DNA of 64,000 bases from contig JAQGDQ010000788.1 of NCBI GenBank assembly GCA_030141605.1, positions 1 to 64,000 of the forward strand, written 5' to 3'. Positions within the stretch are counted from its first letter, which is position 1. Every line of letters begins with the position of its first letter. Below, one piece after another: positions 25,490 through 41,714 of this stretch. The notes under the pieces are model-generated. The model was given only the letters and a program-made list of their open reading frames with translations, was not told the DNA's origin and did not search any database. The position numbers and the translations under genes are program-made. This DNA is from Tubiluchus corallicola (lineage: Eukaryota > Animalia > Priapulida).

Positions 25490-26740
25490 CAAAAAGTGAT
25501 TATGGAGACCCTCTACTTAGTAACAAGTGAGTATGAATATACTGTACTTAGTAACAAGTGATCATGGAAACCCTGTACTTAGTAACAAGTGATTATGAAT
25601 ACCCTGTACTTAGTAACAAGTGATTATGAATACCCTGTACTTAGTAACAACTGATCGTGGAAACCCTGTACTTATTAACAAGTGATTATGAATACACTGT
25701 ACTTAGTAACAAGTGATCATGAAAACCCTATACTTAGTAACAAGTGATCATGGAAACCCTGTACTTAGTAACAAGTGATCATGGAAACCCTGTACTTAGT
25801 AACAACTGATCGTGGAAACCCTGTACTTAGTAACAAGTGATTATGAATACACTGTACTTAGTAACAAGTGATTATGAATACCCTGTACTTAGAAACAAGT
25901 GATCATGGAAACCCTGTACTTAGTAACAAGTGATCATGGAAACCCTGTACTTAGTAACAAGTGATCGTGGAAACCCTGTACTTAGTAACAACTGATCGTG
26001 GAAACCCTGTACTTACTAACAAGTGATTATGAATACACTGTACTTAGTAACAAGTGATTATGAACACACTGTACTTAGTAATAAGTGCTCATGGACGCAC
26101 TGCAGTTAGTAACAAGTGATTATGGGCACATGGGCTGAGTAACAAGTGATTATTAACACACTGTACTTAGTAACAAGTGCTTATGGACACACTGCAGTTA
26201 GTAACAAGTGATTATGGGCACATGGTGTTTAGTAACAAGTGATTATAGGCACATGGTGTTTAGTAACAAGTGATTATGGGCACATGGTGCTTAGTAACAA
26301 GTTGTTTTGGGCATCCTGTATTTTATAAGAAGTGATTACGGACGTACAAGTATAACAATAGCAAGTGATTAAGGACAGCCTACGTATCAGTAACAAGCTA
26401 ACATGAACACCGGATACATCAGTAACAAATGATCATGTACAAGTTACGTACAAGATCATGTATAGCAGTAACAGGTGATTATGAACGCCCTGTGTATCAG
26501 TAACAAGCATTTCGGTCACCCTGTACTTAGTAACATGTCATAATCGACACACTGTTTATTCGTAACAAGTGATTATGGGCACCTGGTGCTTAGTAACAAG
26601 TGATTATGGGCACATGGTGCTTAGTAACAAGTGATTATGGGCAGCTGGTGCTTAGTAACAAATGATTATGGGCACATGGTGCTTAGTAACAAGTTGTTTT
26701 GGGCATCCTGTATTTTATAACAAGTTATTATGGACACCCT
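25490..26740. repeat. 31-bp minisatellite (~40 copies) with distinct variant blocks
   Basis: Unit tacttagtaacaagtgatcatggaaaccctg. Later units read gggcacatggtgc. Confidence 0.95.
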
Positions 26741-27569
26741 GTTTTTCAGAATCACTATCATCTATAATTGTCTTGGTTTCTTTTTTTATTTTTGCAGTTT
26801 GTGGGTGTCAACCCGTTGGCAATTTAATATGGGTTGATTGTTGGACGAGTCAATATTTTCACTTGAAAATCTTCCTTCTAGCGGCACATCTTTTTTCTGT
26901 CATAATCTTCGCTTAATTGCTTACTTGCTTGACAGCTGTGCGCTAATCGATTATTATTAGAAAATCGTCATGGCGATAATTCTAAAATTTAATCTACGGA
27001 TTCCACGGGGCAAAGTGGAAAGAAGTGATTTGGAAAACTCATCCAGAATTGATGCTAGAAATCACTGTAAAGTGTATAGGATAACGCAAGCATCGCTCGC
27101 AAGATGTTTGATGTAACACGCCACAAGTAGTTAGTCGAAGGAGTTTTATAAAAGGCAGCGTTATTAATTTCATTTGCTGAACAAGAAAGGTAAAGAACTT
27201 CGTTTGAATTATATAAATGTACATACAAGTCAGAGCTAGAAATAGATCTTCATATTACGGCTCAATAGAATGAAAGTTTTTCGCTGAAGACAAATGTCTG
27301 AAACATGACCCTGGAAAAAGTTAAGTAGTCATATTTTTTTCTAAAAAATGTTTAAAATTTATTATATCAGCTGGTATGGCTAGAATGAATAGAACACAAC
27401 ACTTTAATTTTCTGAGTACATTTGAAGTTTTATCACTGCAGTAATCATGCCACTCAGAAATCGCTGATTTTGCTCTATGAAATCTCTGACATTCAGTTAA
27501 TACAGGTGTCCTTTGTTTAGAAATTTCAAATTTTTGCATTTGGTCAAAATCTAATACTGTAGATGTCTT

Positions 27570-27593
27570 ATCCATCCATCCATCCATCCACCC

Positions 27594-27681
<88 letters not shown>

Positions 27682-27742
27682 GTCAGTCAGTCAGTCAGTC
27701 AGTCAGTCAGTCAGTCAATCAATCAATCAATCAATCAATCAA
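27570..27742. repeat. (CATC)(AATC)(AGTC) compound microsatellite
   Basis: Direct reading. Confidence 0.95.
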
Positions 27743-28265
27743 TTTTCTTTTTTACTTGAATTTCACTGCACATCTTAGTTCCCCATAGTCAGCTATAATG
27801 TCACAATTGCATGTACGGTGTTTCAGAATTTGTACAGGTATTTTGCGCTGTGATCTGAGGTGTTTTTAACCACGTCAAATATTGACATATAGATTATCAA
27901 CTGTTTATTGCTTTGTGGCAAAGCATGCAACAGTAGTAGACATGACTCAGCTGCATGCTTGCCAACACAGGTATGACTTCTGATCATTTCCTTACTGCCG
28001 CCAGGACTGAGAAAATGAAAATGTAATTCTTAGCACTAGCGAAAGAACAGATACTTCGGAATACCGATAAATCGGAAACGATACCATGAAAATTCATCTC
28101 GATTCGGTTGTCTAGTCAGAGTATCGTTTTTTCCTGTCATCGCCATGTTTGTACCGCCAATATGTATATAGTTCTATGATGTTTTGAAGTTTTTTTGAAC
28201 TTTCTTACTGTTATCACATTCAGTACAATACATGGTAACCTTCATACTGTAATAAATTATTATGT

Positions 28266-28680
<415 letters not shown>

Positions 28681-29739
28681 AAAAAATATCATTTCCTAAA
28701 TGTCTCCTAGGAAACTATTTTGTTTTGTTTTTTTTTGTAAAAAATTGCTTTAATTTCAAAATTCCTTAGTCAAAAAAAGCAAGGCAGTTGACAAAAGGCT
28801 GCATGTGGGCTGACAGAACTACCGAATGCCATATGTAATTGACAAACTGTCCGTATCGTAAAACAAATATGTGAGCCGCCTGGTGGAGATGTTTTGCACT
28901 AAAATCTTTAATTTTTCTTTCTGTAAATATAAATCTTTTATTGTGTTGCAGACCTATAAGAATTGTATATTTTAATGACCTGTTTTATGTATCGTGTCTG
29001 GGTGGGTATGTATAAATGTATATGTGTAAATATTTCTAAGTACCTCTACTGTAATTTTCATATAATCTGTATAGCTGAGTGTTTAATTTTTTATACTACT
29101 GTGTACTTTTTTAATGTACAAATCAAATTTTAAATAAAAAATAAGAAATAAAGGACACATAAAGGCCAGTCTGCACGAATTGGTGAAATCAAGATATCAG
29201 TTTTTCCAAAAGTAAAAACAATCATTGTTTGATTTCATTTTCATAAAATTATCATTAATTTTCTCCTCAAATAGTTATTCAACTAAAGCCAATTATTAAC
29301 ATTAATACAATTAACATGATTTAATTTTTATTATCAGCATTTTTTTGAAAATTGCTGAGTTCAATACGGGATAACTCAATTTTTCTGTGAAGCGGAAATT
29401 GAACTTCTGGGAGCAATACAATTCGATGTGACAACATTTTATTGCTAAATTCTTGGTCACAAAGCAATCTTAAAATACTTTAGGGAAAAGAATGTTGCCA
29501 TTATAGCTGGTGGTTTGGAAAGTTGGTAATATAGTTTTATTTAAAGATTATCAGAGTGAAGACATTGGTGATACTCAGGCGACGAATTCATTTATTGTTT
29601 TATGTAGTATAAGTTTATTATAATTTGAAGTATTTTCCAACGGAAAAGCAGAAAGAAAAGCACATGAAAAGTCTACCCTATAAAATAATGAAACTATTCT
29701 ATGGAGAATGATTTACTACATGAAAGAATTATTGCCAGA

Positions 29740-30163
29740 GAATAGTAATTGCTAGTTTATGCTCGTATATACATTTCACCATTCGCTAGTTAGGTGGTAA
29801 TTAACGCTTGCCTATCGGAAACGCGTTGAACAAAAAAACAGGCCATGTATCTTTCACTTCAAATGCGTTCAGTTGTGACGCAGTGCAGTTCCGACAGCTC
29901 AAGCCGAGTTTTTGATATCACTCTGAATGCTGTACAATTGCACTGCACTTCTATTTTCAATTTCGCAAATACGTGCAATACGTTCGTGTAATGTTTCCGC
30001 TGTTGAAAATTATGTTAGTTTGTGATGTCATCACTAGCTGGGCTAGTCCGCACTTAATTTTTCAACGTGTTACTTAATTACTAAAAACGCTTTGGCATTA
30101 TTATAGGTCTTAAAATGTATACTTTTCACCAATATCAAAAAGGGAAAATTATCCTGTTTTCCT
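29740..30163 (-). mobile_element. Non-autonomous DNA element, family B (TTAA-flanked, Kolobok-like)
   Basis: It ends atcctgttttcct|ttaa and is the reverse complement of 31988-32475 (gatgacgtcacaaactaacataattttca). Confidence 0.6.
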
Positions 30164-30674
30164 TTAAGGCCTATTCACTAGATGCGTCCTGGACTTACGT
30201 TCACACGTCTTTGACGCAAGAGCGGACTGTTTACACGATGTTTTTCATTTGTAAGTCTTGAACGTGAGGTAATCTTACCTTGATTCTAATAATAGGTTAT
30301 TCGGAATTAGAAAAGATTTAGGAAAAATACACGGAATTTTTCATTTTTAAAATAAAATAGAAATTAGATTTTTGTTATTTTTTAATTTATTTTCCTTATA
30401 ATGTTGCTCGGTCAAATTTAGAATTACTTTGTTCATTATTATCAGCTCAGCATCTTTGCTCAGTGATTTAGGTGTTAAATGAATAATTCTCATTTTAAGA
30501 TGACGCACAAATTACTACTTAAACAACCAGACTACTATTTTCTTATTCAAAATAACGAATTTTTTGATCGTCTCGACCTCGACCCTGAGATCTGGGACTA
30601 ATTTTAATCTCTTGTTGACAAAATTTGACATCTTCGTTGCACTAATGGCTCCAAAGATGCGAGGACAAATTTAA

Positions 30675-30850
30675 AGGGAAACTGGACGATTTTTCATTTT
30701 GACGTAGGGTACAATGTATAGATTTTAACACATGTAATATTGCCAAAGCATTTTTGATAATTAAATAATAGATTAAACACTTAATTAACGGCAGGTGGTG
30801 ATGACGTCACAAACTAACATAATTTTCAGCATCACAAACTGAAAAACTTA
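30675..30850 (+). mobile_element. Family B terminal fragment
   Basis: ttaa|agggaaaactggacgatttttcattttga...gatgacgtcacaaactaacataattttcagcatc. Confidence 0.65.
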
Positions 30851-31411
30851 ACGGCGGCGGGCACAGCTAGTGATTCCACGTATAGAATGTTCCTGTCTTT
30901 AGGCATATTAGCGTCGATCCCGATTGCGAAATCCCAAAATTAAGTTGCATCTTGGGATAGCCACCTCTAATCACACTGTCTGCTCTAAGTCACGTGCAGA
31001 ACGATATTGCAATCTACCATCTGTGCGTTATAGACCTGGGCGGTAAATCAAAGGTTCAGAATTAATTGCCAGGCTAAACAGTTTTGTAATAATATCAATA
31101 CGGATGGGTTGGATTAGTGCGTGCTGGCCAAATAGGCGGAAAGTGAAGAGGAAATGCGTCATTAAAATCTGTGTACATACGTCATTTAAACGTGTGTACA
31201 TTTCTGATTTGTGGCACTAAGTGTTATTCTGGAAATCAGGTCATTAAAACACTGTTGTTTCATGATAACGTTTTTTCCAATTTTTGAAAGCATTTAAGAT
31301 TCAAATAATCATTCTTTGTTAGCAGTAGAATCACATGCTTCATGTCCAACAAATAAATTCAACGAAAGGGTTGAGATGCTAAAGAAACGGGAGATTAATA
31401 AAAAGAGGGAT

Positions 31412-31700
31412 TAGGGAAGACCCGGGTAAAGTGGATCACTTAAGGGGTTTCGTTCATAGAGTTCAAGACGTTTGATCTGTAACAATCAATTACATGCCCT
31501 ATTCTTCCGTAGGAAACTCTGCTATATTCGTGTGGTAAAAACTTATAATTACTATTACTCGTTTAACAGGTAATTCCGAAATACGAAACCAAAATTTCTA
31601 GGGCAAAGTGGATCTTTTACGGGCATAGTGGATCATACGTATGGGCAAGGTGGATCGGTTTAGTCTCATCCCTCTATGAGAATTATTGTGGTCCACTTGA
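31412..31700 (+). mobile_element. Possible Tc1/pogo-type DNA-transposon end with gggcaaagtggatc subterminal repeats
   Basis: tagggaagacccgggtaaagtggatc is followed by three more ggg(c/t)a.agtggatc-like motifs at 31600-31656. Confidence 0.35.
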
Positions 31701-31987
31701 ACTGAACGAATATCTCTCAAACACATTTTCTTGAAATGTTTAGACTAACCTTTCTTAGTGAATAGATAGATTTCTCATAGATCGGTAAGATTTGTCGAGG
31801 AATTATCCTAGAAGTACTCTGACGAGAGACCAATGTCGCTGTCTTTCATTTACATTTTGCACAGAGCAAACGACCCTCAAGAACCAAGTGGAAAACCCTT
31901 TCTATGCTCCACATACGACCTCTGTCTTGCACTTGTGTGAGAGCATCGTTGCAATTAATACCTTCAAAGATGCGTGGACAAATTTAA

Positions 31988-32475
31988 AGCAAAACAGGAC
32001 GATTTTTCATTTTGAAGTACTGTAAAAGGTGTACATTTTAACACGTGCAATAATGCCAAAGCATTTCTGATAATTAAATAATAGATTAAAAACTTAATTA
32101 ACGGCAGACGAGCCTAGCTGGTGATGACGTCACAAACGAACATAATTTTCAGCATCGCAAACATTCCGCGAGGGTGTTGCACGTGTTTGCGAAAGAGATA
32201 ATTGAAGTACAGTGCTATCGTACAACATTTAGTGTAATATAGAAAAACTTAATATAAAATTAAAATTGATATTTTAAATTTACTTCTGTGCTTAGGCACG
32301 AGCTCTCGAACGTGTGTATTATGTCACAAACGAACAGATCTCAAGTGAGAGGTACAGCACCTGTTTTTCATGCAACGGGTGTCCGAAATGCAGGCGCTAG
32401 TGCACATCTCACTAACGAATGGCGAAATGCATGCAGCAGCGAAGAACTAGCATGCGAAATTAGTCATTGTTTGAA
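31988..32475 (+). mobile_element. Family B copy
   Basis: ttaa|agcaaaacaggacgatttttcattttga..., colinear with the other two copies. Confidence 0.65.
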
Positions 32476-32908
32476 AATCTCTCTCTCTCTCTCTCTCTCT
32501 GTCTTCTCTTTTTCTCTACGTACTCCTCTTCTCACACTCGTTCTATCATTTTTTCTCTCTACTGTACACATACAGCTGAGCCTGTTGCGTAGAACAGACA
32601 AGGTATTTCTGTGGTCACTGCTTACGTCACTTTGGATTAAGCTTAATTGTTTTTAGAGAATTAGTGATGCGATTAATTGTGATCAGCTGTAGTCGGGCAG
32701 GCGTACACAATCTCACAAAGACATTAAGGTCTGTAGATGACTTCAGCCAGGTCTAACTTAAGTGCATCTACAGCATAACTAACTAAGCATGACCGATTAG
32801 TATTTAGTTATATCCTATAATCGTTTATAAATAACCCATATAGGCTAGGAGGAGGTATGGTGAATACCATATTTAAATGTCAGGTGTGTACGCGCAAGAT
32901 CACTTTAA

Positions 32909-33367
32909 CCCTTTCAGCCCCAAATTATTTTTTTAATAAGAAAACATTTTTTGGCTTGGTACTTTTGTTCAGTATGTCCATCTTGTTTACACGTAATAAT
33001 TATTTCTTCTACCTGTGCCCGTGTGCTAAATATAGCCTGTATCCCACGGGATACATTGAGATTCAATGGAAGCATCAAATGTGCTTCATTTTGCAACTGC
33101 TGATAATTTTTTAAAGTATTTAAGACATTTAGTATGCATGCTATGCTGATCTGTACAAAGTCGTCTCTAAAGTACTGTACCTTGCGCAGTTTTTTGTGCT
33201 ATGTAGATTTTCTAGTTTGCCATTTTATCACCATTTTTAGTCTATTGTTATTGGCTTAAATCAAAATAACTATTAACAGATAAAATAACTGTCAGTTTTA
33301 AAATTTTATTAATTTTAAAGGCAGAAAATATTCTCGTGTCCCACGGGATACAACGGATATGAAAGGG
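32909..33367. mobile_element. piggyBac-type MITE (459 bp)
   Basis: TTAA|CCCTTTCA...TGAAAGGG|TTAA, with the internal palindrome t(a/g)tcccacgggatac present twice. Confidence 0.85.
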
Positions 33368-34859
33368 TTAAAGAGAGAGATATAATAGTATTGTGTAAAA
33401 TTACACTTAGGTAAGACACTTGGTGTGAACCAGTTGAGAAGCAACAAACTCTGTAGTGTGAACGCGCCATAAATCATTTTTTCAGCTGCTACAACGCTAT
33501 AAGAGAAGCTCTGAAGTATCGGTGGCCTCGTTCACACTACCCGCCCCATCAGAACATCGGCTGTCGGCCCAGGTTAATGTCATCATATTTTTTTCTTTTC
33601 ATACAATTTGGCACTTTGTAAATTGGAGTCCATCACTCAGTACCGCGGCTTCTACTTAATCTGTTATAGTTATGATGATACGAGATTAGTAAGAACATTA
33701 GTCTTGTTTAAAGAAATGAAATATAAAAAAAGCAAAAGTGAAACAGAAAATTGTTATTTTTCCCACTAGGTGGACGAAGTCGTCTGGGACCACATCAAAA
33801 TGCTGAAGACCGGAATCGGTGTGAATATTATTTAAAATTGCAATCACGACCTCCGTAGCTGGATTTACGTATCTTATTTACCAAAGTTAATATTTCGATG
33901 GAGAAATGAAAAAAAACGTGCATAAGAAATTATAAAAAAACTGTGTTCGGTGTCAGGGCAGATATGCTGGATACAGCGAGTATACGAAATATAGCAAGCA
34001 TGCCAATCTTGACGCCTCGATGTCTAGTTTCTGAATTATTTAACAACGTCTTTTGGCGTGTGTACTACGCACAATGTATCTATGACGTTCCTTAACCAAT
34101 AATACCAAAATAATTGACATCTATGAGCTCCGCAGAAATGTATAATCGAACCACAGTGCAGAGAATAGCACGCGCTCCTCACCTTACGTGAACGTTAAAC
34201 TTTCATGCAAAGTGCCGCCTCGACTGCATAGCACTTTGACGTTTCCCGTAAATTCCCCTAGGGAACCAGCGCGTATTCCTAGTATTAGGCAGATTCTCGG
34301 CTTTTAAGAGGGAAACACTCGCGTATAATAAGAAGAGGAAATCTCGGATGCATTTAGTCAACGTCTTCTGCCCTGCCTTATATGGCTTCTCGGTAAGCTA
34401 GGCGTTTATTATGGCTATTGAGGTAATAATAGTGGTTAGTATCAAAGTACCGCTTTTATTTTTAGTCTGAGAAGAAGCCTAGTTGTATGGAGCACTAAAA
34501 GTGACGTAAGGGAAGTATTTCTGTAAGATAATTTTCATGAGATATGTGGCTTCTTGTGGTGACATTTGTAAGCGTTTGCGTTTGAGTGAGAACTTTGAGT
34601 GAGATTTTTTGCCCAACAATCGTGTATGAAACTAGAAAAGTGAAGATTTTTGTGTTTACTTTATTCAATACTGTTTATTACTTTAAAAACTTATGAGTGA
34701 TGATTCGTATCCATACACAGCAATAAAAATAAAGAGGTAGCCAATCACAACAAGGTTTATTAGTATTAACGATATTTCGGGAAACCACTCTGTTCATTCA
34801 TCAAGTTACACAAAATTAATCTCATAGAATTACAGAATGTTATTTTTCTCTCTTCGCGC

Positions 34860-35822
<963 letters not shown>

Positions 35823-35859
35823 CTGTCATTTGAAAACTACTTAAAAAATTTAATATCAC

Positions 35860-36225
35860 ATACGACAGTGTCACGTGCTGTCTTATTGCGTACAGACTTT
35901 GGTTTAGCAGAACGCTGAATAAAACATGTAAATTTAAACTTCCGCGATGACCGCTAGGTGCAGCCATTTTAACGATGAGTCGTTTGAAACAAGTTTAGAT
36001 AACATGCTTAAACTTTGAAAATATGATCAGAGCATTCGTACCACCGTCTCCACAACAATGCAACAGTTTAAATCTTGTCAGTAAGATCGATAATTAATGT
36101 GTGTTTTTGGTGAATCAGTGGTGCACACTGGGATTGCGATGCAGTGCCGTTTTACCATTTGGCGCGCACATCTTAAATTATCAAGAATTTTCATTTCCAA
36201 TTACATGAATCTTTCAAAGAGGTGA
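35860..36225 (+). mobile_element. Dispersed DNA-transposon-like repeat, family C
   Basis: gcagccattttaac...gtttgaaacaagtttagataacat...tttttggtgaatcag is shared with 47960-48260 (+), and with 38398-38520 and 39720-40560 (-). Confidence 0.7.
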
Positions 36226-36567
36226 GCGCCATGTTGAGTGCTATAACGTAATGTGGAAAGTTTTTTTGAGATCTGCTTTAAAATTCTTTTATCTCACTTT
36301 TTGACCTACATTAAAATACGAACTAAGAGCATGCTTTATGTCTTTCTCCCATAGAAACGTTATTACGCTATTATACGATCAACAGTATCTGCATTCACGT
36401 TGACACTTTACCATTATTCTAGCCAAATGGGTATAATCATTTCTTAGCATGGAGTCCATTAAGAGCAAGCGAAGATGGCATAAGTTCATTATAGACACAA
36501 GCTCAGAATATATAGGTTTCATATAAGGCGCTTATTGTTAAGAAATGAAGGAATAGAATGTACTTAT

Positions 36568-37055
<488 letters not shown>

Positions 37056-37494
37056 ATGTTATGAGTAACATATATATATATATATATATAGACTTTGTGA
37101 TTTTTTACTACAGCCATCACAGGCAATATAAGCACGGTTAATTCTCTGTCTGGCTGTTTGCCTGTGCGTCCATCCATCCACCTGTCTGTCTCTCTGTCCA
37201 CTAAATTCCTTTAATTTTAAGATTCTTTATTATACAGCAAGCAGCCGTTTGACATCATACAGTAGCTATCTCTTCTCGCTTTGATATTTTTCTAAAAAAT
37301 TTGTGATATCGTACTTCGGGGAAGTATTAGATTTCTTCACGCCGCGCCATTAATCATAATTAGTCCAGCCAAAGCTATAAATTAATATCGGTTGAACGAA
37401 GTTGACGCGCCGTGCGATATAAAATGAATACAAAATTTAACGTTTCTTTACGGAATAGAAGCTCTGGCTGCTTCCTCATTTGTCATAAAGAAAA

Positions 37495-37800
37495 ACGGTT
37501 AGAAATGACAATGGAAGAAACCTTTGGAAGTTCGGAAATACAGAGCTGTACATTTTTTGTGAACAATTGTTATACGTGCGATCATTTTAGGCTTCCAGGG
37601 TTTTAGCAACTTTGTTTTATGAAAACCGTTAGAAGAAGCAGTGGAGGAAACCTTTAAAAGCTGAGAAATGCAAAACTGTACGTTTTGCGTAAACGCTATT
37701 TGAAACTGTTGTTTTTAGGTTTTGTGGTTTTACCAACTTGCTTTGTTTTACAAAATGGTTAGAAATGACAATGGAGGAAATCTTTAGAAGTTAAGAAATC
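37495..37800. repeat. Old ~130-bp tandem repeat (2.5-3 copies)
   Basis: gttagaa.tg.ca.tgga.gaaa.cttt recurs at ~37498, 37628 and 37758. Confidence 0.7.
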
Positions 37801-39782
37801 TATGTTTTACTTAAGCACTTATGATAAGTGCTGTTTCTTTTATGTTGTTGACATATTATCAGCTTGCTCCGTTTTAATAATATCATTGATAATCCGGGAA
37901 TTATCCCAGCCAAAATGGGAGTAATGCTAGTCTAACGCGCAAACAGTCACGCGCATATAGAAGGTTTCCACTTTCAACGTTCTATTGTTACGTGGAAAAC
38001 TCTTTAATGGCAACACATTTGGGACAATCGCGATAGCATATTTATCATGAATAATAATTGCTTTTCTTTGAAATAATTATTCGCGAGCTTTTAACCAATG
38101 AGCAAAATTATCACGCAGCGCTTAAGCCATTAAGGGAATTCCTTATTACGTCACAGTCTTCGATTCAAATTAGATTAGATTATAATTCTATTTCCGTATA
38201 AAGCCACGTAAAAGATACAGTTTAGACACATGCATATATTTAGCATATTGTACTACAGGGCTGAGATGAGATGAAGTGTAATGCTGGCAGGGGAATACAG
38301 TAGACTTCTCAGGTGTGCATGTGAACGTGGCTTTATCTAGCACAGACTCGTATTCTGACCTTGTGTTAGCACTTAGTACTAAAATAATATATAAAATAAT
38401 TAAACTTTTGCTTAGCTAGCGAAGAGTGTTCTACGAATGCTTTGATTATTTTTTCAAAATTTACGCAATTTTATCTAAACTTGTTTCGAACCGCCTACCA
38501 TCAAGATCGGAAGGTGATCTTGTAAGATTTGAGCTGAACAGGTAAAATGGAATAACGGCAGTGCAGGAGGTGCAAAGGGAGAAAAACCTGAAAGGTGATG
38601 AGTGTGAAGGTGTAATGAGAAAGATGGTGAAATAATGGAGAATGACAAGATGTAGGGATTAGATTTACACTAAAATTTTAATAATGTTTATCAAGTCATA
38701 GCAACTCAATGTGGAAAAGAGGAGACAAGAGGGCACACTCAAAGGTACCAAAATGAATTTACTTCTGACTTCTGCAACTTCTGCTCTTTATATAATAGTC
38801 TGTTCGAGAATGGCTGCCAAACTTACAGAAGTACGAAATTCTTGCTACTTTGTTGCTACTTTTTGAGTTGATCTTTTCCAAGATGGCGTTTGAACTATGC
38901 ACAAATCGGCTGTGCAAATAAAAAAAACATTTGAATTTGGCCTTGCCGGTTACGTTGTTAGGCAATAAATTTCTATCAATTAGTATCTAACAGAGTTCTC
39001 ATGTCCAGGGTTCGTATAGCAGAATCTTTGCTCATATATGCATTACTGTACATCCTCAAACTGCTAATTAACTCCCATTTAAACTTCACTACCTGTCTCT
39101 GATGAAATCTCAACTCAACGAATCAACAGTCTAATATAATAAGACTTCCTTTAAAAGGATCAATAACTATTCATGGAGCTGACCGATTATCCTCGTCTCT
39201 CAGTCAGCGCAAAGGTGTCAGAATTCTTGATTAGCAGGTAAATTGTCAGGTAGGCAATTAGCAGTTCATCTGTTGAACTAGAGATGGCAAATTGACCAGA
39301 ATTCATGTTCATTTAAAACTCGGCGTGAGATAACAGCAGGGATGATGCAGGGATGTGGAACAATTCTGGTTCAATATTACAGTTACCAGCAAACCTGCAA
39401 CATTGTATATTTACAGCAGGTGATTAAACAAGAGTGAACCGAGTTTAAAAGGGAAGAAAAGGGAATTTTAAATTACCTCCTAAAAAAAATTTCATACAAA
39501 ATTGTATTATTTTTTTAATATAAACTTTATTTGTTTTAAGTAGATTGACATACAGTAATGTTTTCCCACTGTATAACAAATACGTTTTTGTTGAGAACAG
39601 ATGTACAACAGGTTATCAAGAATGTTACATAGGCAGTTAGTTCAGAAACACAAGTAATTCATTAGTTAATGTTTAATAGTTAAATATACGAGTACAGAAG
39701 CGATACCAGAACAATAATTATCAATGTATTGAAAGTGTTATGGTAACTGGAAAAAAGAATTCTTAGTAATTAAAAATTTAAA

Positions 39783-40316
39783 ACGGCGTTGCATCGCCAT
39801 CCCAGCGTGCACCACTGATTCACCAATAGCACTACATCGCCATCCCAGTGTGCACCACTGATTCACCAATAGCACTGCATCACCATCCCAGTGTGCACCA
39901 CTGATTCAGCAATAGCACTGCATCACCATCCCAGTGTGCACCACTGATTCACCAATAGCGCTGCATCGCCATCCCAGTGTGCACCACTGATTCACCAATA
40001 GCGCTGCATCGCCATCCCAGTGTGCACCACTGATTCACCAAATGGCACTGCATTGCCATCCCAGTGTGCACCACTGATTCACCAAATGGCACTGCATCGC
40101 CATCCCAGTGTGCACCACTGATTCACCAAATGGCACTGCATCGCCATCCGAGCGTGCACCACTGATTCACCAATAGCACTGCATCGCCATCCCAGTGTGC
40201 ACCACTGATTCACCAAATGGCACTGCATCGCCATCCCAGCGTGCACCACTGATTCACCAATAGCACTGCATCGCCACACTGCATCGCCATCCCAGTGTGC
40301 ACCACTGATTCACCAA
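39783..40316. repeat. 43/44-bp minisatellite (~12 copies) inside a family C element
   Basis: Unit gcactgcatcgccatcccagtgtgcaccactgattcaccaata. A single copy of the unit occurs in the family C element at 36108-36150. Confidence 0.92.
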
Positions 40317-40731
40317 AGACGTATTTTTATTTTACTGCCAAGACAAACTAATTAGAGAACTTTTGCTTAGTTAGCAAAGATTGCGCTACGAATGCTCTGA
40401 TTATCTTCTCAAATCTACCACAATGTTATTTAAACTTGTCTCAAATGACTTGCCGTCAAAATGGTTGCGCCTGACGGTCATTCGCGATGTTTAAATTTTC
40501 ATGTTTTATACAGCGTTGCTGATAATAAAAGTTCTGCATGCAATAAGTGATAGACAATTCAAAGCGAATGTTTTTTAGCTTTGTGTTATTTGTCCTTTAT
40601 ATGAACTGCGAATATTAGAGTTTCATTGGTTGTTGTGCTCATCTAAGTCAAGGTGTTTTTTTCTTTTTTTGTTTTAGTCGATAGAATAATTTGCCAATTA
40701 AAACACAAATATACGAGCTTTTGTTATTATA

Positions 40732-41344
40732 GGTTTTACACGTCAAATGTAGACACAGGATAGTTCAAATGTGACTTAAGTAAGTCAAATGTAGACATAG
40801 GAATTTCGAATGTGTTTTGGTAACTCAAATGTGACTTAGGTAAGTCAAATGTAGACATAGAATTCTACATTTTATTTGTCAACGTTTTACAAAAAATGTC
40901 GGCAGAAAAGAATAAATCGGTTCCCACTTCCCAATGAACAGTGAATCACTAATTAGTTTTTTAAGTAATGCATTAGCACTGAATTGTTTATTTTAAGAAT
41001 GTATTGCTTTCTCTAAAAGTTCCAATGGTATGCGGAATATTAGTGAACTATTAGTAGGCCTATAACGTTGTTATTTTAACTTAAGAGCAATTATTAAATT
41101 GAAATTAAAGAAGATTAAATTTTAACATCCTTAAACTTTACCACCTATCCACATTTGAGACACCAATGTCACATTTAACTTGACATGTGTCTACATTTGA
41201 CTTACCAAAAGCGCTCAAGATTTGTTGAAAACCATTGTTAACACATTTGAACTGCCTAAGTCTACATTTGAGTTACCAAGACACATTTGAATTACCTAAA
41301 TCTACATTTGAGTTAACGTAGGTCTACATTTGACATGTAAAACC
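40732..41344 (+). mobile_element. MITE family A, complete copy
   Basis: tata|ggttttacacgtcaaatgtagac...gtctacatttgacatgtaaaacc|tata, a 23-bp TIR with one mismatch. Confidence 0.92.
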
Positions 41345-41714
41345 TATAGTGCTTCACTAAATGAAAGTGCCAGAAAGTCTCGCTAATAAGTACGGAACTA
41401 AGCCTGAGAACAAATTTTGCCATTGTTTGTCGACTACAGCGCCATCTTCATGCACATTACACGTCATGATGACGAATTATGGAAACAAACGCAAACATCT
41501 TGGTAATTTGCTCACAACAGAAGAGGACATTTGAAGACGGAAGATAATGGCGTTATCAGCACATTCAAAACTCACAAAAGTTTTTAGGAATAGAAAGATT
41601 TCTTTTTAAAAAAAGTTAGAAAAATCTCAGCCTTAGTTGAAACTGCTTTTATTTATTACTAATAACTCTGAGCTCTGGACATTAAAAGCAAATCATTAAG
41701 CTGAAATTAACACT

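Noticed and set aside
26798-26916. Strong plus-strand acceptor followed by a short ORF
   Set aside because: No donor, homology or compositional support; T-rich acceptor-like strings are common in this sequence.
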